Notes under the pieces: generated by a model
Database searches by the model: none
Seen by the model: only the letters and a program-made list of their open reading frames with translations
What the model was told of the DNA's origin: nothing
Shown: positions 1 to 8,983 of the stretch, piece after piece
Numbering within the stretch: position 1 is the stretch's first letter
Layout: every line of letters begins with the position of its first letter
NCBI GenBank assembly: GCA_963754315.1
Contig: CAVWFS010000014.1
Coordinates: 32,001 to 96,000, forward strand
Reading direction: 5' to 3'
DNA from: an uncultured Candidatus Rokubacteria bacterium
GTDB lineage: Bacteria; Methylomirabilota; Methylomirabilia; Rokubacteriales; CSP1-6
Length of the DNA: 64,000 nt
Translations under genes and position numbers: made by a program

Positions 1-1
1 C

Positions 2-118
2 GGGTCCCTCCTGCTCTTCTGCTTCGACTACTCCGAGAATCCCGCTGCCTGGCGCCACTCCATGGAATTGCTCGCCAAAGAAGTCATGCCCCAATTCCGC
101 GGTCTGGTGCCGAAATAA
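2..118 (+). CDS. 3' end of probable LLM-class flavin-dependent oxidoreductase (partial)
   Basis: Frame from nt 2 reads GSLLLFCFDYSENPAAWRHSMELLAKEVMPQFRGLVPK*; SMELLAKEVMP is a typical luciferase-like monooxygenase C-terminus. Confidence 0.65.
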   Translation, partial: GSLLLFCFDYSENPAAWRHSMELLAKEVMPQFRGLVPK

Positions 119-154
119 CACGCGCTCAGGCATGGAGGTCGCGGCGTCGGCCGT

Positions 155-190
155 CTCCCAGCCCGGACCAGCACCCGTCCGGGCTGGGAG
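155..190. terminator. Strong hairpin, likely terminator
   Basis: Perfect 14-bp stem CTCCCAGCCCGGAC (155-168) / GTCCGGGCTGGGAG (177-190), 8-nt loop, downstream of a + strand stop and facing convergent - strand sequence. Confidence 0.6.
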
Positions 191-316
191 CCATTTGACC
201 TCACGCCCTACTCGACTTTGATGCCCACGCCGGTCACGTTACGCCCCGGTCCTGCAAACGGATCAGTGACCACTGTGCGGATTTCCTTGCCCTCTTTGAC
301 CACGACGAGGCGTAGG

Positions 317-495
317 GCGTACGCGATCGCCGGCGAGAGGACGAAGGCGCTGAAGATCCTCCAGGGGGTCTGACGGCATTGTCCCGTCGACGCTACGTGT
401 CTCCGTTCGACCTGGCCGTCGTCCAGGCGGGGCTCGGCGACCTGCGTTCTGATCCGCGCTGGCAGGACCTCGTACGACGTATCGGTCTTCGCTGA
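317..495 (+). pseudogene. Remnant of the C-terminus of a TPR-repeat protein (TolB-like/kinase-TPR type)
   Basis: AYAIAGERTKALKILQG [frameshift near G-run 364-368] LTALSRRRYVSPFDLAVVQAGLGD-LRSDPRWQDLVRRIGLR*; resembles the YVSP..IA.VY.GLGD / LRSDPRFQDLLRRIGL tail; no start codon. Confidence 0.6.
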
Positions 496-499
496 CCGT

Positions 500-1519
500 C
501 TACTGAAAGATCTCGTTGAAGCGGGTCTTGAGGGTCTTCCCGTCCTTCTCGATCTGGTCGTAGTCGACGGCCATGAGCTTGATCTGGGCGAGCGGGGGGT
601 TGCCCGGAGGCGGCTCGACGTCGGAGCGCGCCGCATAGATTCCCTCGCCGGGGAAGAGCCTCTGCACGGTGTCGCCGATCATGAATTCGGCGAGGGCCTT
701 GGCCGCGTTGGGGTGCGGCCCTCCCTTGATGATCGCGGTCGGCGCCGGAATGGCGAAGGCTCCGTCGGCGGGAAAGATGGTCTGGACCTTGTGCCCCGCC
801 TTGCGGTCGACCCAGGCGTACTGGTCCGCGCCTTCGGCCGCGATCAAACGTTCGCCGCGCGTGAGCGTTTCCGACACCTGCTGGTGTCCCTGCACGATCA
901 TGATCTCGTTGGCGCGGAGCTTCTGGTAGAACTCCCAGCCGTACTTCTGCGACAAGGTGCCCACCACCATCAGCTGGATGGCCGTGTACGACGGATCGGG
1001 CATGACCATGAGTCCCTTGAAGCGGGGACTGGTCAAGTCTGTCCACGTCCGTGGCAGCTCGAGACTCTTGTCCGTCCGGGCGATGATGCCTACCAGGTTC
1101 AGGCGCTGAGCGATGTGGTAGCCCTTGGGGTCCTTGACCTCGTCCCGGACCTTGTCGAAGTTCCGGGGTCGAAAGGGCACGAACAGGTCGCGCTTAATCA
1201 ATGCCCCGGCCGCGGCCGGGTCCGAGACCGTCAGCACGTCGGCCACCACCCGCCGCGCATCGATTTCCTGCAGGAAGCGTCGGAGGACGGCCGACCCCCC
1301 CGAGCGGAATAGCTCCACCCGGATACCGGTCTCTTGCTGGAAGAGATTGGCGATCTTCTGAGCGACCTCGACCGGGGTGGACGTGTACCAGGTGACCGCA
1401 CCTTCCTTCTTGGCGGCCGCTAGATCGACGCGGTCGGGCGTGAAGGGCGGCGTCTGAGCCGCGGCGGAAGCCGCCAGAGCGAGCAGGGCCACGCCGAGCA
1501 AGATCTTCGTCCAAGGCAT
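500..1519 (-). CDS. ABC transporter substrate-binding protein (Fe3+/polyamine/thiamine-like cluster)
   Basis: Signal peptide MPWTKILLGVALLALAASAAAQ; AAKKEGAVTWYTS; PRTWTDL; GGPHPNAAKAL. Confidence 0.85.
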   Translation of the reverse strand: MPWTKILLGVALLALAASAAAQTPPFTPDRVDLAAAKKEGAVTWYTSTPVEVAQKIANLFQQETGIRVELFRSGGSAVLRRFLQEIDARRVVADVLTVSDPAAAGALIKRDLFVPFRPRNFDKVRDEVKDPKGYHIAQRLNLVGIIARTDKSLELPRTWTDLTSPRFKGLMVMPDPSYTAIQLMVVGTLSQKYGWEFYQKLRANEIMIVQGHQQVSETLTRGERLIAAEGADQYAWVDRKAGHKVQTIFPADGAFAIPAPTAIIKGGPHPNAAKALAEFMIGDTVQRLFPGEGIYAARSDVEPPPGNPPLAQIKLMAVDYDQIEKDGKTLKTRFNEIFQ

Positions 1520-1530
1520 GCGGTGGTCTC

Positions 1531-2454
1531 TCATGCGCCCCGGTAGATCGGGGCGGGCTGGCTGAAGAAACTGTGCAGGATGTGGTAGGCGATCCGGAAG
1601 TTTGTCTGCTGAAAACTGGCGTGGGCGATACCGGCCATGACGGCAAACTGCTTGTCCGGGTTGGGCAGACGGGTGAAGAATTCGAGGAGGTCCGCGAAGC
1701 CTGCGATACCGTCGTATTGTCCGCGCATGACGATGGTGGGGACCGTGATGCGGGCCGGGTCGACCACGGGGAGCTTCGCGCACATATCGACATACGTGCC
1801 CGTCGGGACCGAATCATCCAGAGCGAGGATGGCGTCGGCGAACGCTTCGACCACCTCGGCGTCGGCCGTCCCCGGGTGGTCGCGGGTGAAGATGCTGCGA
1901 ACGAAGGCGCGGTCGATGGGGCGGCGGTTCCGGCTCTGGAACTCGGCCAAACGTTTGCGGCGCTCGGCCAAAGTCGGGCTCCCCTGCCCGGTCCACACAA
2001 AGGCGTCCAGGGCCAAGCGTCGGACACGCTCCGGCCGGCGTTCGGTGAAGAGGGCCGCCCGCAGCGCGCCCGACGAGACACCGTACACCAGGAGCGATTC
2101 GACACCGCGGGTCTGGGCGATGTAGTCCGTGGCCGCTTCCAGATCGTCGGCGCCGTTGGCGATATCCGCGTTGATCGCGCGATGCTTGTCCGAGCGCCCG
2201 TACCCTTCCATGTCGAGGCACCAGGTGTCGTAGCCGAACCGCGTGAAGTAGTCCATGGCCGAGGCGTCTGGGTGGCCTGGAATCTGAAGATCGAAGGTGG
2301 GCTGGGAGGCCATCGAAGAGCCGTGTACAAAGAGGATGGCGCCACGGGGCCCCGGTGACGTCCCGGCCGCCTTCTCCCAGAGAAATAGACGAACGGGCCC
2401 CTTCTTGACCCAGTGCTCGCGACCAGTGATAGCCGGCTCCGCCGTCATGGGCAA
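1531..2454 (-). CDS. Alpha/beta fold hydrolase
   Basis: LFVHGSS, DMEGYGRS, nucleophile elbow GVSSG, RGQYDG, AH. Confidence 0.85.
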   Translation of the reverse strand: MPMTAEPAITGREHWVKKGPVRLFLWEKAAGTSPGPRGAILFVHGSSMASQPTFDLQIPGHPDASAMDYFTRFGYDTWCLDMEGYGRSDKHRAINADIANGADDLEAATDYIAQTRGVESLLVYGVSSGALRAALFTERRPERVRRLALDAFVWTGQGSPTLAERRKRLAEFQSRNRRPIDRAFVRSIFTRDHPGTADAEVVEAFADAILALDDSVPTGTYVDMCAKLPVVDPARITVPTIVMRGQYDGIAGFADLLEFFTRLPNPDKQFAVMAGIAHASFQQTNFRIAYHILHSFFSQPAPIYRGA

Positions 2455-2559
2455 CGGACCCCCTCGTGAGAATTCACCGTCGTTACGATCCCAAACCCTA
2501 CGCGGAGACTTGCCACGTTGTCAAAGCAACGGCCAGGCGGCGGGAGTAGGATTGGAGGC

Positions 2560-3492
2560 GTGCAGGCACGAATCCTGGTCGGCACCATCGATGGACTCTG
2601 GAGCCTGAGTCCCGACGCCTCGGTCAACCGGGAGACCTTGGCCGGTCGGCCTCTGACTGCGCTCGCCGGCGAGGGCACCCGGACTTGGGCCATCGTGGAG
2701 GGCCAGGGCATCTGGACCACGGGAGCCGATGGTCGGTGGGAAGAGACGGTGGTCGCCGATGGATGGCCCGCCACCTGCCTGGCGGCGGCTGCGTCAGGAC
2801 TCTTCATCGGGACCGAGCAGGCTCATCTCCTGAAGTTCGCCGATAGCCACCTCGAGTCGGTCAAGGCGTTCGAAGAGGTGGAAGGGCGCGAGACCTGGTA
2901 CACCCCCTGGGGTGACCCGGCCGACGTCCGCTCCATCACCGTCGATCCGGCAGGTAGCCTGTTCGTGAACGTGCACGTGGGAGGCGTCGTGCGTTCTCGC
3001 GATGAGGGCCGCACCTGGTCGCCCATGCTCGACATCGAGGTCGACGTTCACCAAGTGCTGGCCGACCCGGGCCGCCCAGGATTGGTGTTGGCGGCAGCGG
3101 CGGTCGGCCTCGGTGTGAGCCGAGATGGCGGCCAGTCCTGGGACTTCGCGACCGCCGGCCTCCATGCTCGTTACCTGCGTGCAGTGGCCGTCTCTGGCGG
3201 GACCATGCTGGTAGCGGTGTCGACGGGCCCGGGTGGTCGGCGCGCGGCTCTGTACCGCCGTCCGATCGACGGCGACGAGCCGTTCGAGCGATGCCGAGTC
3301 GGCCTGCCCGAGTGGTTCGGCGACAACATCGATACCGGCTGCCTGGCCGCCGCGGGTGGCACGGTCGTCGCTGGCACCAACGACGGCCGGGTGTTCATAT
3401 CGCACGACGCGGGGGCCACCTGGACCCTCGCCGCGAAGGGGCTTCCCGCAGTTCATTGCGTCCACGTAAGGCAAGGGAGCCATACCGCATGA
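2560..3492 (+). CDS. BNR/Asp-box (WD40/YVTN-like) beta-propeller protein
   Basis: Asp-box repeats SRDEGRTW, SRDGGQSW, SHDAGATW; GTG start after GGAGG. Confidence 0.75.
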   Translation: MQARILVGTIDGLWSLSPDASVNRETLAGRPLTALAGEGTRTWAIVEGQGIWTTGADGRWEETVVADGWPATCLAAAASGLFIGTEQAHLLKFADSHLESVKAFEEVEGRETWYTPWGDPADVRSITVDPAGSLFVNVHVGGVVRSRDEGRTWSPMLDIEVDVHQVLADPGRPGLVLAAAAVGLGVSRDGGQSWDFATAGLHARYLRAVAVSGGTMLVAVSTGPGGRRAALYRRPIDGDEPFERCRVGLPEWFGDNIDTGCLAAAGGTVVAGTNDGRVFISHDAGATWTLAAKGLPAVHCVHVRQGSHTA

Positions 3493-4331
3493 GACTCGTA
3501 CGCTATGGACGAGCCGGAAGCGAGAAACCCGGCCTTGTCGACGAGGACGGGACTCTACGCGATCTCTCACGCGTGGTGAAGGACATCACGGCGGATGTGC
3601 TTTCCCCGTCCGGTCTCAGGCGATTGCGGGCCACGAGGAGGGAGCGGCTTCCCGTGGTGCGCGGCCGGCCGCGACTCGGCTGCCCGCTCAGCGGCATCGG
3701 AAAGGTCGTCTGCATCGGCCTCAACTACACGGACCACGCGCGTGAGGTCAGTCTTCCGCTGCCGCAGGAGCCCCTGCTCTTCATCAAGGCCAACAGCGCC
3801 ATCAGTGGCCCCGGCGATCCCATCGTCCGTCCGCGCGACGCCGTCAAGCTCGACTACGAGGTCGAGTTGGGCGCCGTCATCGGGCGGGACGCGCGAAACG
3901 TTGACCTTACCGACGCCCTCAAGTACGTCGCCGCCTATTGCATCGTCAACGATGTCTCCGAGCGTGCCTTCCAGATGGAGCACGGCGGCACGACCACGAA
4001 GGGTAAGAGCGCGGACACGTTCGCGCCCATCGGTCCGTGGTTGGTCACCGCCGACGAGGTGGGCGACCCCCAAGCCCTGGACGTCTGGACCACGGTCAAC
4101 GGCGAATCCCGCCAGCGCGGGAACACCGCCAACATGATCTTCACGGTGCGCCAGCTGGTCGCCTACGTCAGCCGGTTCATGTCGCTGCGGGCGGGAGACA
4201 TCATCTCCACGGGAACGCCGGCCGGCGTCGCCCATGGCATGAAGCCGCCGCGCTACCTCGAGCCCGGCGACGTGGTGGAGATGGGCATCACCAAGCTCGG
4301 TGTGCAGCGAAACCGCATCGTGGGTCGCTGA
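3489..4331 (+). CDS. Fumarylacetoacetate hydrolase family protein
   Basis: KVVCIGLNY, LDYEVELG, NDVSER, GKSADTFAPIGP, TGTPAGV; ATGA overlap with upstream stop. Confidence 0.92.
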   Translation: MRLVRYGRAGSEKPGLVDEDGTLRDLSRVVKDITADVLSPSGLRRLRATRRERLPVVRGRPRLGCPLSGIGKVVCIGLNYTDHAREVSLPLPQEPLLFIKANSAISGPGDPIVRPRDAVKLDYEVELGAVIGRDARNVDLTDALKYVAAYCIVNDVSERAFQMEHGGTTTKGKSADTFAPIGPWLVTADEVGDPQALDVWTTVNGESRQRGNTANMIFTVRQLVAYVSRFMSLRAGDIISTGTPAGVAHGMKPPRYLEPGDVVEMGITKLGVQRNRIVGR

Positions 4332-4409
4332 GGGTCTCGCGCAGATCGGCTGTTGCCTCGACCGCAGTCATCGCGGTCGTCGACATGAGCCTCACCGATT
4401 GAGGTCGGC

Positions 4410-4920
4410 TCAGGCGGTCGGCCCCGACAGCAACCGTTCCATCACGATGACATCCACCCATCGACCGTCGAGTTCCCCCTGCTCGCGATAGGTCCCCACC
4501 GTGCGGAAGCCCAAGCGCTCGTAGAGAGCCATCCCGGCGCGGTTGAAGGGGAAGGCGGCCAGCACCAGCTTGTGGTAGCCGAGGGGCCGCGCCCCATCGG
4601 CCAGGTGGGCGAGCAGGCGTCTGCCGACGCCACGCCCTCGCCAGCTGCGTTCCACGTAGACCGATACGTCGGCCACGTGGCGGTACGCCGGCCGTGTGTT
4701 GAAGACGTTGAGACTCGCCCAACCGACGACGACTCCGTCCACCTCTGCCACGAACACCGGGTGGCGGGGCCCGCGCGCCGCAAGCCACTCGCGCCGCTCA
4801 GCAGGCGTCCGCCGCTCGGTCTCGAGCGTGGCCAGGCGGTCCTCGATACCCTGGTTGTAGATCGTGCAGATGAGCTCGGCGTCCTCCAGGCGTGGCTGGT
4901 CGTACGTGTAGGCCGTTCAT
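4410..4920 (-). pseudogene. GNAT N-acetyltransferase (phosphinothricin/arsinothricin ArsN1-like) with +1 frameshift near 4890
   Basis: ATG 4920: MNGLHVRPAT, one extra C, then LEDAELICTIYNQGIEDRLATLET...SVYVERSWRGRGVG...LYERLGF; span 511 nt = 3n+1. Confidence 0.75.
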
Positions 4921-5099
4921 GGCATCAGTGTCTGTCAAGTCGGTCCATCAGCCGCATGAATTGTCATGATCCAAACGATGAGCGATCCTTTGAAATCGCG
5001 ATGCGTTGATTGGGACGCGCCCAAAACGCGCCACAAGTAGTTGAGTTCTGCCTCGATCTGGAGCGGCGGACTCATGTAGAACCTGTGTCCCCTGGGGGT

Positions 5100-5906
5100 C
5101 TAGTTGATACAAACGCCAAAGAACACGTACTTACACCCGAAAGACGGGGGCAGGATCGGTGGCGCAGGGGGGGGAGGAGGAGGCACATCGCCTCCCCCTG
5201 CGCCACCACCACCACCGCCGCCACCGCCGCCACCGGCAAGCTGCTGCTCCAGGGCGCGAATACGCGCCTCCAACGCAGCGATAGTCGCGCTCTGCAACAC
5301 GCCCTGGATTCGCACCACACCTGCGCTGGGGGAGTCAATGGATCCGCCACTGGTCCATACGAGACGACCTGCGGGCGATCCCGTCGTAAGCAACGCGAAT
5401 CCATTGTCCACGGTGGCCTGCGTAACGTTCAGGAGATAACTGAAGTGTCCGGGACCGGACGTAGTGAAAAAGATCCCTTCCGTCGCACCTTCTCCGGTCG
5501 CCGCCACTTCAATATTTCGGCAGACCGCGTTGTCTGCGGGACACGTCACCTGGCCATTCAATGCGCTGATCGGCCCCGTCGCGCCGGCGGTCCCGATCGC
5601 GTGTCCGTGCACGGCGCGCACGCTCCCAGGACCGGTCGTCGTGACATTCCCGATCAACGCCCGGACCGCCGAGGAGTCGACCGTGCTGACCCCCCATCCG
5701 CTGGGGGCCGCATTGACAAGGTCAAACCGGATCCCGTACAGATTGCCCTCGTCCCCAGACAAGGTGCCGCTCAGATGGATCAGTTCGTACTGGTTGTTGG
5801 GGAACGGGCCAGGAACAAACCCTCCGGCATCGAGGAGCACGTCGACAGGATCCGCCTGCGCCATGGTCACCGAGGCGAGCAGCAATGCCGCGACAATCGT
5901 TTTCAC
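5100..5906 (-). CDS. Hypothetical secreted protein with C-terminal coiled coil, poly-Gly/poly-Pro linker and Cys pair
   Basis: Signal peptide (V)KTIVAALLLASVTMAQA; Gly/Thr/Ala/Val-rich body; IAALEARIRALEQQL; Gly run; Pro run; CKYVFFGVCIN*; start uncertain. Confidence 0.6.
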   Translation of the reverse strand: MKTIVAALLLASVTMAQADPVDVLLDAGGFVPGPFPNNQYELIHLSGTLSGDEGNLYGIRFDLVNAAPSGWGVSTVDSSAVRALIGNVTTTGPGSVRAVHGHAIGTAGATGPISALNGQVTCPADNAVCRNIEVAATGEGATEGIFFTTSGPGHFSYLLNVTQATVDNGFALLTTGSPAGRLVWTSGGSIDSPSAGVVRIQGVLQSATIAALEARIRALEQQLAGGGGGGGGGGGAGGGDVPPPPPPAPPILPPSFGCKYVFFGVCIN

Positions 5907-6210
5907 GATCACCGTGCCAGCGCGTGGGCCAGGAGAAGCTCCCACGACTTTAGTTCCAAGAATCCCACACGCGATCATCACGGCCATTCTCATATCCAGG
6001 CCCCTCCCCCTTATCGCCTTGCTGAATGACGTCGCGGTGCCGCTCGATCGCCGCAGCAATCGCATGTCTTGCGAGATCAGAACGCTTTTGGGGCCAAACC
6101 GGAAACAACGCGGCGCCACCCGGACTACACGGGGCGCCTGGTTCCTGTGGAAATCCCGTGGACCCGATTCTTGAGTCCCCGATTATTCGGAGTGTTACGG
6201 TGAGCTTGCG

Positions 6211-6242
6211 CACAAGGGTGAGTATGCACAAGGGTGAGTATG
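6211..6242. repeat. Perfect 16-bp tandem duplication CACAAGGGTGAGTATG x2
   Basis: 6211-6226 and 6227-6242 are identical; a partial GGTGAG copy lies just upstream. Confidence 0.9.
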
Positions 6243-6446
6243 TAGTAGGACACCCTACCGTAGTTTTGCCCCTGATGCGTCAAACAAATTTCTCCCATGT
6301 ACCACATGGGCACATGGGCTGCGCCCACGAGCGCCCTGGCCCCTTATAGGGCGCAGTGTTAGGCGGGGACTGTGAATACCCCCCAATCCCCGCCAACCAG
6401 CCCCGGGCTGGTATAGTCCACACATTCTGCCTTTCAAGGAGCGCTC

Positions 6447-6797
6447 ATGAGGATCCACAACTTGTACACCGATGCGAGCGGTCAGTCGCACTTCCGGGAC
6501 GTCCAGGTCGAGTGGGCGGAAGAGACGCGAAGCGGGAAGCTATCCAAACGCTTGCCGGCGACCGGCATCATCTTTCGCGAGGTGCCGCCGACCTACGACC
6601 TCGACTGGCATCCGGCTCCCCGGCGCCAGTACATCATCAATCTCGACGCCGGCGTGCAGATCACGGCCAGCGACGGCGAGAGCCGCGTCATCGGCCCCGG
6701 CGAGGTGATCCTGGTCGAGGACACGACGGGCAAGGGACATCTCTCCAAGGCCGTTGACGGCAAGCTCCGCCACTGCATCTTCGTCCCTGTCGATTGA
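6447..6797 (+). CDS. Small cupin-like protein
   Basis: AAGGAG RBS; DWHPAPRRQY, ASDGESR, GEVILVEDTTGKGH. Confidence 0.8.
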   Translation: MRIHNLYTDASGQSHFRDVQVEWAEETRSGKLSKRLPATGIIFREVPPTYDLDWHPAPRRQYIINLDAGVQITASDGESRVIGPGEVILVEDTTGKGHLSKAVDGKLRHCIFVPVD

Positions 6798-6820
6798 GGC
6801 AGAGGTTGAGCTAGCTACTC

Positions 6821-6964
6821 CCCCCGGGGTGCCCGAGCGTGGGGGGTATGGGGGGCCATGTCGGGGCCCCGCGAGCGCGCGTGCGACCGAGGGGCGCCCC
6901 GGGTTCCCCGGGGTGCCCCGAGCGCTTGGGGGTATGGGGGGCCATGTCGGGGCCCCCCATCATA
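6821..6964 (-). repeat. Tandem multi-hairpin REP/BIME-like repeat (~86-bp period)
   Basis: Core ATGGGGGGCC-ATGTCGG-GGCCCC(CCAT) at 6848-6870 and 6934-6960; between convergent genes; homologous to 49581-49770. Confidence 0.85.
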
Positions 6965-7958
6965 AGAAATACCGCATCACGTCGGCGGTGAAGAGGTCGA
7001 TCGACGACGAGGCCGTGGCCTCGTCCATGTTGCCGAACGTCAACCGACAGACGAAATACGTGCACTCGCTGGCGGCAATCTGGCGCTCGATCTCTTCGCG
7101 CACCCGGCTGGGCGAGCCGGCAATGGCGATGCCGCGCTGGCGTGCCTCGTCAAAGTCCCGCGCGAAGCGGATTGGGGTCGATCCGAAATCGCGCCAGAGC
7201 TTGGTCAGGTTCGCATACCAGACGGCGTAGTTGGGTCGGGCCACCGCCTCCGCCTCTGCATCCGTTGAAGCCACCACGATGTGGCGCGACATGCCGAGCT
7301 TCGGTAATGGCGCCCCGCCGTGCTTGCGCTCCCAGACCTCACGATACCGATCGAAGAGCGGCTTGGCCCCCTCACACGGATGGTTGGTGATGACGTGCAC
7401 CTTGTTGGTGGCCGCCCACTCGGCGCCGGCCAAATGGCCGAGGCCATACCAGAGAGGCGGATGGGGTTGCTGGAACGGTCTGAGGATCATGGGCACCTTG
7501 CGGTAGGTATAGCGCGACCCCCGATGGTCAAGAATGTCGCTGGTGAGGCCCTGCAGGATAACCTCCAGCGCCTCCCGATAGATCTCCTCGGTTTCCAGGT
7601 GGTGCAGGTTGAAGTACGCCATCTCGTAGGGCACGATGCCCCGGCCTACCCCGAAGTCGAAACGCCCATGCGAGAGTTGGTCCAGCATGCAGATCTCTTC
7701 GATGAGGCGGAGGGGGTCGTAGAGGGGCAGGCAGTACACGCACGGTCCCAGGCGGATTCGCCGGGTGCGCTGGGTGGCGGCGGCCAGGAAGATGCCCGGC
7801 ACCGGGGCCAGTCCGAGCGGGGTGGCGTGGTGTTCGGCGAGGTGGTACGAGTAGAAGCCAGCCCTGTCGTATTTCTCGAGCAGGCGCAGGCGGCTTTCGT
7901 AGAACTCGTCGACGGGAGCCTCCCGCCGGTCGAGATGGTCAAAGATCCCCAGGTCCAT
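6960..7958 (-). CDS. LLM-class flavin-dependent oxidoreductase
   Basis: MDLGIFDH, LAEHH, RTRRIRLG, LDQLSHGRFDFGVGRG, PFQQPHPPLW; GGAGG RBS. Confidence 0.9.
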   Translation of the reverse strand: MDLGIFDHLDRREAPVDEFYESRLRLLEKYDRAGFYSYHLAEHHATPLGLAPVPGIFLAAATQRTRRIRLGPCVYCLPLYDPLRLIEEICMLDQLSHGRFDFGVGRGIVPYEMAYFNLHHLETEEIYREALEVILQGLTSDILDHRGSRYTYRKVPMILRPFQQPHPPLWYGLGHLAGAEWAATNKVHVITNHPCEGAKPLFDRYREVWERKHGGAPLPKLGMSRHIVVASTDAEAEAVARPNYAVWYANLTKLWRDFGSTPIRFARDFDEARQRGIAIAGSPSRVREEIERQIAASECTYFVCRLTFGNMDEATASSSIDLFTADVMRYFL

Positions 7959-8034
7959 ATCCACCTCCATCGCCTGATCCCCGCAAGGCGGGCCGGTAAG
8001 GTTATACTCCTAACCCAACGCACAGGAGGGAACC

Positions 8035-8970
8035 ATGAAAATCCTCTTCTTCGACGACTTCAAGCTCGGTGTCCTCAAGGCGGACGGCGTTGTCGACGTG
8101 TCCGAGACGGTGCGGGACATCCCGCATATGGGACCGCACGATCTCATCAACGGGCTCATCGCGCGGTTCGCCGACTACCGGCAGCCTCTGGAGGCGGCGG
8201 TGGCCCGAGGACAGGCGATTCCTCTGGGCCGTGTGCGCATACGCCCCCCCCTGCCCAAGCCATTCAACGTCGATTGCATGGCCGTGAACTACATGGAAGA
8301 CGGAACGCGCACGGAACCGGCGCCCATCAACGCGTTCCACAAGTCGCCCGGGGCGATCATCGGCGACGGCGACACGATGGTGCTCCCCGACGTACCGGCC
8401 ACCATCTTCGAGGGCGAAGCGGAAGTGGCGCTTGTCATCGGCAAGCGCGCCTCCCACGTGCGTGCCGCGGAGGCCATGAGCTACGTCTTCGGGTACATGA
8501 ATTTCATCGATGGGTCGGCGCGCGGGCTGCCACCCTCCGGCAACACGTTCTATCAGATGAAGTCACGCGATACCTTCGCCCCCGTGGGGCCCTACCTGGT
8601 GACTGCCGATGAAGTGCCTGACCCTCATCGGCTCTCGGTTCGGCTCTGGGTGAACGGAGTGCTCAAGCAGAACTTCAACACCAGCGACATGGCCCACAAG
8701 ATCCCCCGCTGCATCGAGTGGGTCACCTCCATTCACACGTTGGAGCCCGGCGACCTGCTGGCCACCGGCACCAATCACCGCGGCCTCAGCGCCTTCCAGA
8801 ACGGCGATCTGGTCGAACTGGAGACGGAGGGTCTGGGTCGCTTGCGCGTGAATGTGCGCGACGACCTCAAGCGCACCTGGGCGCGCGAGACCCGGCTCGA
8901 ACGGCAAGAGAAGTCGCTCGAGGGCACCACGCCCCAGCTGACCGGCAAGCACACGCCGGGACCGCGGTAA
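8035..8970 (+). CDS. Fumarylacetoacetate hydrolase family protein
   Basis: FEGEAEVALVIGK, KSRDTFAPVGPYLVT, LEPGDLLATGT; AGGAGG RBS; TATACT at 8003-8008. Confidence 0.88.
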   Translation: MKILFFDDFKLGVLKADGVVDVSETVRDIPHMGPHDLINGLIARFADYRQPLEAAVARGQAIPLGRVRIRPPLPKPFNVDCMAVNYMEDGTRTEPAPINAFHKSPGAIIGDGDTMVLPDVPATIFEGEAEVALVIGKRASHVRAAEAMSYVFGYMNFIDGSARGLPPSGNTFYQMKSRDTFAPVGPYLVTADEVPDPHRLSVRLWVNGVLKQNFNTSDMAHKIPRCIEWVTSIHTLEPGDLLATGTNHRGLSAFQNGDLVELETEGLGRLRVNVRDDLKRTWARETRLERQEKSLEGTTPQLTGKHTPGPR

Positions 8971-8983
8971 GCGTCGGCAGGGC

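Noticed and set aside
5165..5235. G/C-rich trinucleotide runs as a contingency microsatellite
   Set aside because: Imperfect codon repeats encoding the poly-Pro/poly-Gly linker
5010..6174. Long + strand ORFs (339 aa and 236 aa) overlapping the secreted-protein gene
   Set aside because: No recognisable features; the - strand frame has a coherent signal peptide and domain layout
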